From Malacoraja senta (taxonomy: Eukaryota), in NCBI GenBank assembly GCA_038087875.1, contig CM075987.1, positions 25,546,001 to 25,610,000 of the forward strand: a DNA stretch of 64,000 bases, written 5' to 3'. This document shows positions 23,408 to 35,870 of the stretch, in pieces. The notes below the pieces were generated by a model that saw only the letters and a program-made list of their open reading frames with translations, was not told where the DNA came from and did no database searches. A program made the translations under genes and the position numbers. Each line of letters begins with the position of its first letter. Positions within the stretch are counted from its first letter, which is position 1.

Positions 23408-24080
23408 TTTTAGATACAGCGTGGAATCAGGCCCTTTGCCCCCCCCCCCCCCCCCCCCCCCCATCGAGCCACACCCACCAGCGATCTCCACACACTAATG
23501 GCCCTGTCCCACGATGCGAGTTCATTCAAGAGCTCTCCCGAGTAAAAACAAACTTTGGTTTCCTCCGAGATCTTTGGTTTCCTCCACACTCCAAACTCGT
23601 AGTAAGCACGGAGAATGAACATAGCGGGCACGTCGGAGCTCGGGACGTCTCTTAACAGCTCGTAACGCTAACGGCAGGTACTCGGGAAGACTCGCTAACG
23701 GCAGGTACTCGGGAAGACTCGTGAAGATTTTTCAACATGTTGAAAAATGTCCACGAGAGCCCCGAGTACCGACGAGCAGCCATTACCGTAAATCTCCGAG
23801 TTCGAATCAGGGCAAACTCGGGGAGATCTCTTTGAATGAACTCGTACAGTGGGACAGGGCTTTAACAGTATCCTACACACACTAGGAACAATTTACAATT
23901 ATTCCGAGTTAATTAACCTACAAACTTGCACGTCTTTGGAGTGTGGGAAGAGACCAGAGAAAACCCACGCAGGTCATGAGGAGAACGTACAAACCCCATA
24001 CAGACCGCACCCATAGTCAGGATTGAACCCGGGCCTCTGGCGCTGTCAGGCAGCAACTCTACCGCTGCGCCTCCGTGCCG
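23408..24080 (-). mobile_element. HE1-type V-SINE interrupted by a Harbinger MITE
   Basis: cacactaa|MITE|cagtatcctacacac restores the SINE consensus. Confidence 0.8.
23499..23862. mobile_element. PIF/Harbinger MITE, same family as 6072-6357, opposite orientation
   Basis: TIRs tggccctgtcccac / gtgggacagggctt; TSD TAA; internal duplication of cgctaacggcaggtactcgggaagact. Confidence 0.85.
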
Positions 24081-25599
24081 CAGTGCATGCGTATACGAGT
24101 GCATATTTGAAGCTGACATTTCAGACCAGGTCTGTACAAGTGCCACAATGCTGAAGACACTGGCATTAAGGTAAAAAAGTTAAAACTAGAGACCTCTTAG
24201 CCCCTTGCAGTAGATGTATTAAATCCATGTGAAACTAAAAGAATAATGGGGACCCGACCCAAAACGTCACCTATCCATGTTCTCCACAGATGCTGCCTGA
24301 CCTGCTGAGTTACTCCAGCACTCTGTGTCCTCTTTGGTAAACCAGTATCTGCAGTTGTTTGTTTGTCAACCACGACGTGATCCCTTGTGTTCTTATTTGG
24401 GTTATTCCTCAGTTCGGGAAAGATACAGCGCAAGAGACCATTCTACCCATTGTGTCCATGCTAGGTTTGAGAAAGAGCTATCATATTAAATCCATTTTCC
24501 CTGACCATTCTCCACTGCCCTGAAATTCAAGTTCAACCCATTTTCAAGAGCTATCCTTTGTTTCAAAAAGCACATTTTGCTTCATTATATTTTCTGCAGA
24601 GAACCATTTTCTCTCATTATCCCGTCTAAACACTTCACACACTTTGCAGAGCATTATGTTTCCCCCTCACTGCATCTGCTCTGAGCCTCCCATTATTCAT
24701 CATTATAACAAAGCCATGCATCTTGGCATAATTATAGCAAATAGCGTGGAGGGGGTACGCAGATGTCCAACCTGGAAAAGCACAGGACACAAGGTTTGTG
24801 CAAGCAATTACCGTTTATTTCTTCCTCCGTCCAGCTCCTAACTTCTACCACGGGGCACGGGCGTTGCCCGACCCCCCCCACCCCCCCCCCCCCCCCGTGA
24901 CCTGCACCTCACGTCACCGTGACACCCGACTCCTCCCTCCAGAGCCGAGGGTTCGTACTATGCATGGCTCACCACCAGGAGGCGCCACAATAGCCTCTGT
25001 ATCCTTTCTAAGGCTTGACAAGTCGTTTCCAACAATCGGACACAACTCCGGCGTGGTGGCGCAGCGGTAGAGTTGCCGCCATACGGCGCAGAGACTCGTG
25101 ATCGATCCTGACTGCGTTTGCTGCCTGTATGGAGTTTGAACATTCTCCCCGTGACTGTGTTGGCTTTCTCCGGGTGCTCCGGTTTCCCTCCGAAAAATCC
25201 AAAGACGTACATATTTGTAGGCTAATTGGCTTCTGTAAATTGTCCCTACAGAACTAGTGTACATTCGCCAATGCCTCAATATCTTTGGAAATGCAGCTAG
25301 AACCTATTTTTACAAGTTGGAGGAATTTCTGGGAAAGTGACTGAAGCAGGATGGAGAAAGGTCCAACAGAATTCTTGGTTGTATGCTTAATGTTAATAGA
25401 TTAAATTTAACCCCAAACTTCTCACACCTTCCTCCCCCCTCCCCACCCCACACACCCACGCCCCCCCCACCCCAATTCCTGAGCCACCCCATCTGTCCCT
25501 CTGACTCCACATCCATATCAAATTTGCACCCCTTGGCAATGGTCACTTGCACCTCTTTGTAAAGCCAACAAACCCACATGCTTTATTACTAGCCATATG

Positions 25600-25910
25600 G
25601 GCAGCGCGGTGGCACAGCGGTAGAGTTGCTGCCTTACAGCGCCAGAGACCCGGGTTCGATCCTCACTACGGGTGCTGTCTGTACGGAGTTTGTACGTTCT
25701 CCCCGTGACCCGCGTGGGTTTTCCCCGAGATCTTTGGTTTCCTCCCACACTCCAAAGACGTACATGTTTGCGGGTGAATTGGCTTGGTGTATGTGTAAAT
25801 GTAAATTGATCCCTAGTGTGTTTAGGACAGTGTTAGCTGGTCGCCGATCGCTGGTCGGCGTGGACTCGGTGGGCCGAAGGGCCTGTTTCTGCACTATCGC
25901 CAAACTAAAG
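25600..25910 (+). mobile_element. HE1-type V-SINE (duplicate at 43609-43919)
   Basis: Full consensus; flanked by a ~25-bp direct repeat aaaccca(c/t)atgctttatta(c/a)tagcc. Confidence 0.85.
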
Positions 25911-27040
25911 TAAATATGCTTTAAAACCCATATGCTTTATTAATAGCCCTCTACAATGTCCGTGCCAAATATGGTGCCAGGTTAAACTCATCTAACTTAC
26001 TCCTTTACTCCAGAGATGCTGTCTATCCCGCTGAGTTACTGCAGCTTTTTGTGTCTAGCTTTGGTTTAAACCAGCATCTGCAGTTCTGAAGGAGGGGTCT
26101 GGACCCAAAACGTCACCCATTCCTTCCCGCCAGAGATGCTGCCTGTCCCGCTGAGTTACTCCAGAATTGTTTGTCTATCTGCCGTTCCTTCCTACATAAA
26201 CTAACCTCCTCTGCTTGTGCGTATCCATAATCACACTCCCTGCCAATCCATGTAGCTATCTAAAAAACATTGAAATGCCACGATCATATCTGCCTCTGCC
26301 ACCACCAGTAACGGCAGCGCAAACTAGACACTCATCACATACTGCCCCGCATGTCTTCAAATGTTGTCCTCTTGTCTTAAAGCTATCTTGACTACTGTAC
26401 AGGTTTGGAGGGATATGAACCAAACGCAGGCAGGTGGGACTAGTGTAGTTGGGACATGTTGGCCGGTGTGGGCAAGTTGGGCCGAAGGGCCTGTTTCCAC
26501 ACTGTATCATTCTAAGACTTCCGACAAGTAAAAAGAACATGAGATAGATTCAATATCCATTTTATGATGTATTGTTTGGACTTTAAATATATTTTAATTT
26601 TTGAGACATGACGGAATATAACTTTTCCACTTCTAAAATATTCTAGGATATCGTTAAAGTTAGTACAAGTGGGGTGTTTAGTCACTAAATGGTTCCCTCA
26701 TTAGATAAAACACCTTGACATTCAGAGAATGTGCAATTTATTGCCCAGCACCTTCAAGATAATTTAATGCCATGTTTCATTAAACACAAGACTTTCCCTT
26801 TACTGGCTAATAAATGAATGTGAAACATGTCTCAAGACCTCAAATAAACTAGAAAAGGCCATTGTTTCATTTTGTGGTAGTTTTCCAGCTTTTCACTCTG
26901 ACAAGTAGGAGGGAACTGCAGATGCTGTTTTTTACGGAAGTTAGACACAAAATGCTGGTGTAACTCAACGGGTCAGGCAGCATCTCTGGAGAAAACAATA
27001 GGTGACATTCCGGGTTGGAACGCTGCTTCAGACTGCCTTC

Positions 27041-27310
27041 AGTTTAGTTTAGAGATACAGCACGGAAACAGGACTTTCGTCCCACCAGCAAGCAATCGCC
27101 GCACACTAATACCATCCCACACACACTAGGGACAATATTTACATTTACCAAGCTGATTAACCAACAAACCTGTACGTCTTTGGAGTGTGGGCGGAAACAG
27201 AAGATCCCGGAGAAAACCCAAGCAGGTCACGGGGAGAACGTATAAACTCCGTACAGACAGCACCCGTAGTCGGGATCGAACCCGGGTCTCTACCGCTGCG
27301 CCACAGTGCC
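27041..27310 (-). mobile_element. HE1-type V-SINE (duplicate at ~45050-45320)
   Basis: Reverse complement of the consensus. Confidence 0.8.
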
Positions 27311-28159
27311 GCACTTGGGACACAATGTTTGTTATTGTCCAACAAAACCTCTATGACAGTGAATATGTTATAGATTCTGCACGTTGAGTGAAAGATGATA
27401 GTACATTGTATTTTACGGCTAGTCAGCAAAAACTATTATTGCAACAGCAACCTCTATGTCATAAAGTCAATTAATGATAAATCCTGTCTGGAGATTTGTT
27501 CGGTTTTATTACTTGAGCAATACATCCAACTCAGCAATTATATTCAGTTTTTGTACACAAGCTTTTGACGAACGTTTAACTGGGCCTGTACTCGCTGGAC
27601 TTTAGAAGGATGAGGGGGAGGGGGGGGACCTCTTTGAAACTTACCGAATAATGAAAGGCCTGGATAGGGTGTATGTGGAGAGGATGTTTCCACTAGTGGG
27701 GAAGAATACACTAGTTCTATCCTACACGCTAGGGACCATTTACAGAAGTTCAAATAACCTACAAACCCGCCCGTCGTTGGGATGTGGGGGGGAAACCGGA
27801 GCACCCGGAGAAAACCCACGAGCTCACAGGGAGAACATTAAAAAAAAAACTCCGCACAGTATGCGAAGGAGACACAAGAGACTGCAGATGCTGGAATCCT
27901 GAACTATAAACCGACTGCTGAAGATTCCTTCCACCCAGAGATGCTGCCTGTCCTGTTGAGTTACACCAGCTTTTTGTGTCTTTCTGCTGCAGGAACTCAG
28001 CAGGTCAGGTAGCATCTGTGGAGGGATATGGACAGAGATCATTTGTGGGTTGGGACTCTTGAGATTGAGGAAAGGTCCTGAGGCTGAGGAAGGGTTCGGA
28101 GAACGTTTGTCACTTGGTCTGCGGCAAAACAGTGAGAACATACAGGGCAAGATGAGCAA

Positions 28160-29850
28160 GTTTGCTGATGATAGTGAAAATTAGTGGCTTTGCAGATAGT
28201 GAAGATGGTTGTGAAAGATTGCAGCAGGATCTGGATCGATTGGCCAGGTGGGCGGAGGAATGGTTGATGGAATTTAATACAGAACAGTGAGAGGTGTTGC
28301 ATTTTGGGATGTCGGACAAGCAGGGGCGGAAAACCCGGGGGGGGGGAGGGGGCAGAGGGAACATGTCCCCTCCATGTTTTGAGAGGTGGGGGACACCCCC
28401 CCAAGTTTTTGTCATCTGGATTTTAAAATCCGGTGACGAGGGCGCCGATTGGAGGAGAGAGACGTCGGTCAGCAGGCAATGGGGGCGGGACATGATTCAG
28501 CGCGATGATTGGAGGAGGGAGGAGTGGGTGGGGGGGACTGAGGATAGAACGCGGTGATTGGAGGAGGGAGGAGTGGGCGGGGTGGGACTGAGGATAGAGT
28601 GCGGTGATTGGAGGAGGGAGACGTGGCACAGACCTGCGCTTCATCCGCAGCCAGGACAGGATCGATCCCGGCCGGGTCTCCGTCGCTGTCCCGTCCCCTC
28701 CCGAGTGACCCCCCCCCCCCGCGGGTGGCCAGAGGTCGGCAGCAAAGATCCTCCGCTATAGGATCTTTGGTCGGCAGTCAGACGGGCCAACGCAGAGAAA
28801 CAGCGCTAAACCCAGCTAACTCTGCCTGTCCCGCCAGGTGAGCTTACAACCCTTCCTGGACGTGGGAAATATGGCCTGCGCGGAGAAGCAGCGCTGGTAT
28901 CCCGTCAGTCCAGGCAGGGCTGTAGTTAACCCGGTGAGACAGGTAGAGTTGAGCTGCATCTAGCGCTGGATTGAGCCTCTGAAGCCTCGTGCGCGTGTGT
29001 GTGTGAGTGTGCGCATGAGCGCGTGGCCGCCAAAAAATTGTGTCCCCCGTCCCCTCCATGTTTTGATAGCGAGTTCCGCTCTTGCGGACAAGGGCAGGAC
29101 CCAAACAGTAAATAGTAAGCCTCTGGGTAGTGTTGTAGAGCAGAGTGATCTAGGAGTACAAGTGCATGGTTCCTTGAAGGTCGAGTCGCAGGTAGATAAG
29201 GTGGTCAAAAAGGCTTTTGGCACTTTGGCCTTCATCAGTCAGAGTATTGAGTATAGAGGTTGGGAGGTCATGTTGCAGTTGTATAAAACGTTGGTGAGAC
29301 CGCATTTAGAATATTGTGTTCAGTTCTGGGCACCGTGTTATAGGAAAGATATTGTCAAGCTTGAAAGGGTTCAGAGAAGATTTACGAGGATGTTGCCAGG
29401 ACTAGAGGGTGTGAGCTACAGGGAGAGGTTAAGTAGGCTGGGTCTCTATTCCATGGAACGCAGGAATACGAGGGGAGATCTTATAGAGGTGTACAAAATC
29501 ATGAGAGGAATAGATCGGGTAGATGCACAGTGTCTTTTACCCAGAGTAGAGGGATCGTGGACCAGACGACATAGGTTTAAGGTGAAGCGAAAAATATTTA
29601 ATAGGAATCCGAGGGGTAAATTTTTCACACAAAGGTGGTGGGTGTATGGAACAAGCTGCCAGAGGAAGTAGTTGAGGCTGGGACTATCTCATTGTTTAAG
29701 AAACAGTTACACAGGTACATGGATAGGACAGGTTTAGAGGGATATGGTCCAAACGCAGGTAAGTGGGACTAGTGTAGCTGGGACATTGTTGGCCGGTGTG
29801 GGCGAGTTGGGCCGAAGGGCCTGTTTCCACACTGTATCACTCTATGCCTC
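28160..29850 (+). mobile_element. CR1-clade LINE, RT C-terminal half and 3' UTR, interrupted by a hAT element (duplicate at ~46169-47855)
   Basis: FADD motif (tttgctgatgat, 28161); LQLYKTLVRPHLEYCVQFWAPCYRKDIVKLERVQRRFTRMLPGL; tail gggccgaagggcctgtttccacactgtatc. Confidence 0.9.
28321..29084. mobile_element. Non-autonomous hAT transposon (duplicate at 46330-47087)
   Basis: TIRs caggggcggaa / ttccgctcttg; perfect 8-bp TSD cggacaag at 28313-28320 and 29085-29092. Confidence 0.85.
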
Positions 29851-30752
29851 TATGAGGTCTGCTGTACGATATTACCGGGTTTTATGCAAAACAAAGCATT
29901 TCACTGTTCCTATGCACATGTGACAATAAGTATCATTGAATCATCATTGATCCGCTTTGCAAATTTATTAAGATTTACATATTTCTTTTTCACACAGAAA
30001 GCAGTGGGTGTATGGAACAAGCTGCCAGAGGAGGTAGTTGAGACGGGGACTATCCCAACATTTAAGAAACAGTTAGACAGGTACATGGATAGGACAGGTT
30101 TGGAGGGATATGGGCCAAACGCGGGCAGGCGGGACTGGTGTAGCTGGGACATGTTGGCCGGTGTGGGCAAGTTGGGCCGGTGGGCCTGTTTCTACACTGT
30201 ATCATTCTATGACAACAGCAAACTCAAAACAAAAAAGCATAAAAGAATATAAATGATGTTGGAAGCATAGGAAATTTAGACTAAGTGATAAGACAAAAGA
30301 ATTCAGTCACGCAAAATTTTTTCTGAATTTGCTGGTTGTAAATTCCATTGGATTATTAACCCGCAATATTTTGGGAGGGCTGTGTTGCCCAACGGTGTAC
30401 CACTGACCTGATCGTACATTATGCCATCAAAGTGTCATCAGAGAGTGAGTGAGGCATTCCATACCTTTTTAATTACAGTATACATTTAGTTTAGTTTAGA
30501 GATACAGCACAGAAATAGGCCCTTTGACTCCTCGAGTCCGTGCCGAACAGCGAGCACCACACACTGAAATGATCTTAAATGCATTAGGAACCATTTACCA
30601 AGCCAATTAGCCTATAAACCTATACGTCTGTGCAGTGTGGGAGGAAACCAGAGCTCCCGGAGAAAACCGACACGGGTCACGGGGAAAACATACAAACTCC
30701 GTACAGACCGCACCAGTAGTCAGGATCGAACCCGGTTCTCTGGGGTTGTAAG

Positions 30753-31503
30753 CAGGCATGTGCCGTGAGTAATTAGTCAGGGTAGGCAGTGGCTTTTAAA
30801 AATCTTGGAAACCACGCATGCGCAGATTGTTCTCTCAACTTTTATCAATGTAATTTGTCTTCAATAGGTCCTATCTCTTAATAACGTATTAAAAAACATA
30901 TAGCTCAAAGAAATGTACTTGCCATATTATTTGTACATGAAATCCATTCTTCTCTCTCTGTTTCCTGTTGTACCAAGCTGTTTTAAATGTTCTCATTATT
31001 TTTGTTCCTTTGCGCTGTTAAAAACGCCGCTTTAAGTTCCGCCGTTGGTCTGCCATTTTTAATTATTTTGGTCTTTTCCTCGTACGTTTGCTTCGAGAAA
31101 CTCTTCAGGTAATCACTATCAATCTTTGAAAAACCCGCCAAGAACGTTGCGCTTGAGCATGACCAGTAGGCTGGTGCGCGAGCGCAGTGCACGCAGTCCA
31201 CGGTGTAAAGGCAGACTTTCAGCTGCCTTTACGGACCGTTGCCACTGATGACTTGAAGCATCACCGATGGCACGCGAGTAGCACATACTTCCGCATTTTA
31301 AATGTACTGCGGTTGAAAGGCACGGGAGAATTACTGTATGCCTCCCAAGAGATCGATCTCTTAGAGAAGCATAATTCTCCCATGCCTTTACTATTTATGA
31401 CCATTTTATATATATATATATATACATATATTTTATATATATAAAATAATGACCATTTTATAATTTTAGTCAGGGCCTTGCCTATCCTGATGGCACGTGC
31501 CTT
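30753..31503 (-). mobile_element. Internally deleted hAT transposon inserted in a SINE (duplicate at 48757-49513)
   Basis: TIRs caggcatgtgcc / ggcacgtgcctt; 8-bp TSD gttgtaag/tttgtaag; minus-strand peptide FSKQTYEEKTKIIKNGRPTAELK resembles hAT transposase N-termini. Confidence 0.75.
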
Positions 31504-32429
31504 TTTGTAAGGTAGCAACTCTACTGCTGCGCCACCCTTAAACAAAAAAAACCTTTTGGTTCATAAGAAAGGTTTTAAAGTTAGTTTGGTAATAAAAAAA
31601 TAACAGGACTTCTGAGCAACTAGAAAAACATTAGAAAATTATCGTAACAACCATTAAAATTAATGGACTACATCATTGACAGTTAGAAATGGTATGCAGG
31701 TATAATGATGGAACAAGTATACACTGTATGCACATCTGGGCCTTGAAGAGAGAATATCATGCATCCATTCTTTATGAATCATTAAATTTTATTATTGCAA
31801 ATGCAGTTTAGAAAAAAAATCAATTGTATTCCCAAACAACAGATCTGGCAAAAAATAATGTTGTCTTTGCAACCCTCCGCAGTTTAGTTCAGTTTACAGA
31901 CTGAAGGTTGTTTGCACAGGTCGCAGTTAACATGGATAATATTTCTTGAATAGTTATGCTCAGTATCACAAAGCTGGTAACATTTTCAGAACTTTTCAGC
32001 TGATGCAATTTTTTGATTGAAATATGCAGCATGGGAAAAAAAGCCCCAAATGCTGGAGTAACTCAGCGGGTCGGGTAGAGTCTGAACAAGGGTCTCAACC
32101 CAAACGTCACCTTTTCCTTTCCTGCAAAGATGCTGGCTGACCCGCTGAGTTACTCCAGCATTTTGTGTCTAGCATTGATGTAAAGGAGCATCTTCAGTTC
32201 CTTCCTATATATGAAAACAGGCCCTTGAGACCACTGAGACCGTTGATCATTCATTCAAACTAGTTCTATGTTATCACACTTATCCATCCACTCCTTACAC
32301 ACTAGGGTCAATCTACAGATGCCAATTCACCTACAAACCCGCATGCCTTTAGGATACAGGAGGAAACCTCTTATGAACTTCTCCCTGGGACCGCATGGGT
32401 TTCCTCCGTGTGTCATTGGGTCATAAGTT

Positions 32430-32970
32430 CATAAATGATAGGAGTAGAATCAGGCCATTCAGCCCATCAAGTCTACTCCGCCATTCAATCATGGCTGATC
32501 TATCTCTCTCCTAACCCCATTGTTCTGCCTTCTCCCCGTAACACCCGACACCCGATATATGCGTCTTCTTCTCATAACCTTGCTCAAAGATGGCACTGCC
32601 ATTAGCTATAATATTGTCAGCAGTTTGCTTGTGCAAGACCAGAGGCCACGGCCTCAGAATAAAAGGACGTACCTTTAGGAAGGAGATGAGATGTCCTGCC
32701 TTCTCCCCATAACCTCCGACACCTGTATTTATCAATAACTATCTATCTCTGCCTTAAAAATACCCATTGACTTGGCCTCCGCAGCCTTCTGTGACAAAGA
32801 ATGCCACAGATTCACCACACTTTGACTAAAGAAATTTCTCCTCATCTCCTCCTAAAGGAACGTCTGTTAATTCTGAGGCTTTGACCTCTGGTCCTAGACT
32901 GTCCCACTAGTGGAGACATCCTCTCCACATCCACCCTATCCAGGCCTTTCACTGTTCTTATGTTTCAATG
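32430..32970 (-). mobile_element. Rearranged CR1 3' fragments (duplicate at ~50440-50980)
   Basis: CR1 3' UTR and ORF2 pieces, including a short inverted piece at ~32635-32690. Confidence 0.7.
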
Positions 32971-33683
32971 CAGTAGTGCGGTCACTAGCGCCACCCATTG
33001 TGTGAATGCGATTTAAACCAGGGCAAATTGTAATGAATCACATCTGCCTCTTTACTTAACCAGGCAGTTCAACTCTATCAATTTCAGTCATTCATCATTC
33101 ACATTTCGGATCCACCCACACAGGTTTATCAGTGGGAAAATATTTAAGAAATGTTCTCATTGCAGAGCTGTCAGCATTGGTTAGTTGAGTAGTAAATTTG
33201 ATGAACATAAACTTCCCCCAGTCTTTGGAAAGTTTATTACATTTGGACGTTGTCATCCCTGAGAAGATTTATGAAGACTACCCAACCGTAATTGTTATTG
33301 TGAAGTTGAACGTGGAGCCACCTTTACTTTAGAGCTACAGCTCGGAAACAGGCCCTTCGGCCCACCGAGTCTGCGCTGACCAGCGATCACCCCGTACACT
33401 TGCACTATCCTACACACACTAGGGACAATTTACTTTTTTTTTAAAAACCAAAGCCAATTAACCTCCAAACCTGTGGATTGTGGATCTTTGGATTGTGGGA
33501 GGAAACAGGAACACCTGGAGAAAGTCCACGCAGGTCACGGGGAGAACGGACAAACTCTGTACAGACAGCACCCGTATTCAGAATTGAACCCGGGTCCCTG
33601 GCATTGGAAGGCCAGGTTTGTAGGCTAATTGGCTTAGTATAATTGTACATTTGCTCACAGTACTCCAAATGCTGAATGACCAG

Positions 33684-34140
33684 CAGGCACGGAAATCGCT
33701 ATCAAAACATGGGGGGGGGGGGGAACACAATTTCTTGGCGGCCACGCGCGCGCATGCACACACACACACACACCCGAGGCTTCGGCCGTGGGCCCTGTGG
33801 TCGGTAACATCGGGAGCTGATCTGGTTGGTGACCGACTCCGGACTCCAGCAACAGCAGCTTCGTCCGCCCCGAATGGTGGGGCTTGAATCGGCCCGTTCG
33901 CGGGGTTTCATCGGCCGGCGGGGGCTTCAACATCGGGAGCCTCGATGCGGCAGTTTGATTTTAAGCCGCGCCGGGCGCTGGAAGGCCTCGCGAACGGGCC
34001 GATTCAGCCCTTAGAAAGCGCAGGATAAAGTCCGGATTACAAAACATGGGGGGAGGGGGGAGGGAAGATTGTCCCCCACCTCTCAAAGCATGGAGGGGAC
34101 GTGCCCGAAGATTGTACCCCCCCCAGGATTTCCGCCCATG
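33684..34140. mobile_element. Non-autonomous hAT transposon related to 28321-29084, opposite orientation (duplicate at 51695-52151)
   Basis: TIRs caggcacggaa / ttccgcccatg; TSD atgaccag/ctgaccag (7 of 8); subterminal motifs shared with the 28321 element. Confidence 0.8.
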
Positions 34141-34864
34141 CTGACCAGCGCCTTAAAGCCACAGCATTACATCTCTGTTTTTGCATTCCAGTCCTATAAA
34201 TGCCAGCATTGAATTAGCCTCCTGTGAAGCACCCCGCCTTTATTCAGGCAGCAACTCTACCACTGCACCACTGTGCCGCCTGTCACCGTCTTGAATAGAT
34301 TTGTCACAATGGCATTGCTGCCGTCCTGTTGGATAAAGATATCCGGCACTTAGATCCGAATTGGTGGAGGAACAGAAATACATTTACGTTAGCCAAGGCA
34401 GCGCCTAAACTTGGAGAAAATCCTGAAATAGTCGGCGTTCCCATGCGGTGCTGTGGGTTTGGAAGATACCGTCAGAAGAGCGTTTGTGAGGAATTGCTGC
34501 GCCCTTTGCCGATAGTGCACACTGCAATTATTATGTCGTTGGAGAAGCAAATGATGGATGGGATGCCAAACAATTAGCCTACTTTGCCCTGGGTGATGTT
34601 TCGTGCTGCTAAAGCTACAATAACTGGGCTCCGTCGACAGTGTGTAATCCTGTGTTGCTTCTGGCATGCCTTTCTCAAGGAACTAGGGCTGGTCCCTGAG
34701 GTTAGAGGGAGTGAGATACTGGGTATTGGCAGTTTACAATTCTGCTGTAGGTTTTGGCACATTGTTCCTCATAGACCGCCAGATTAAAGCTGCCAAACCT
34801 GCTCTGAGCCCTTGCAATTTAATTCAATGGTAGTGCCACTTAATGTAACGCAATGTGCCCATGG

Positions 34865-35192
34865 TTTAGTTTAGTCTGGAGAATCAGCACGGAAACAGGC
34901 CCTTTGGCCCACCGAGTCCGCGCCGACCAGCGATCCCCGCACACTAACACCATCCTACACACACACACACTAGGGACAATTTACACTTATACCAAGCCAA
35001 TTAAGCTACAAACCTTTGTACGTCTTTGGCATGTGGGAGGAAAACAAAGATCTCGGTGAAAATCCATGCAGTTCACGGGGAGAACGTACAAACTCCGTAC
35101 AGACAAGCACCCGTAGTCGGGATCGAACTCTGATCCCAGGCGCTGTAAAGCCAGGTTTGTAGGCTAATTAACTTGGCATAAGTACAAATTGT

Positions 35193-35253
<61 letters not shown>

Positions 35254-35420
35254 GCGTGTGCGTGTGCGTGTGCGTGTGCGTGTGCGTGTGTGTGTGTGTG
35301 TCTGTGTCTGTGTCTGTGCGTCTGTGTGTGTGTGTGTGTGTGTGTGTGGATCGCTGGTCGGTGCGGACTCTGTGGGTTGAAGTGCCTGTTTCCACGCTGC
35401 ATCTCTAAACGAAACTAAAT
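34865..35420. mobile_element. Fold-back V-SINE (minus copy plus inverted 3' half) containing a (GT)n microsatellite
   Basis: Minus SINE 34865-35150, then plus-strand caggtttgtaggctaatt...ctctaaac; microsatellite at ~35196-35347. Confidence 0.8.
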
Positions 35421-35870
35421 CTCTCTAATTTATATTATGGAAACTTGAGTTGTCAAATATTATGAAATGAGACGTTGCAAATAAAACGACTTAATATTGT
35501 CAGAGTTAATAAAGGAAACAATGGACATTCCTGAAACATACAAAATGTGATTAAAAATATTCAGCGTGCCCGAATTAAGCTTCACTTCACATGGGCACTA
35601 TCATAGAAGTCTACTACCTCCTTCACGGGGTGCATGGGATCTATTTAAAATGCTTTGCTAAATCAATATTGGAAGCAGAATCCATGAGGTAGGGTTGGAA
35701 ATATAACATTGGCCAGTAAAAAAGTTGGTCTCTCCTGAATAAATAATTTGCTGCTAGTCTTTACATTGGTGCCTGAGAAAGGAACTACCAGACTTGGACA
35801 TTAAACAGCCAGTGTGTTCAGATCAATGGCAAGAAATAAGGAAAGGCAGGGTGACAAAATAATGACACAT

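Noticed and set aside
28997..29671. 224-aa ORF as a functional or domesticated RT gene
   Set aside because: 5'-truncated CR1 fragment split by a hAT insertion, frameshifted in copy 1 and carrying a stop in copy 2.
34329..34787. Short ORFs in unique sequence (also 40010-40279)
   Set aside because: No recognisable homology or convincing splice context; the 40010 ORF is frameshifted in the other copy.
35073..35418. His/Thr- or Val/Cys-rich ORFs (also 53169-53427)
   Set aside because: Translations of a (GT)n microsatellite.
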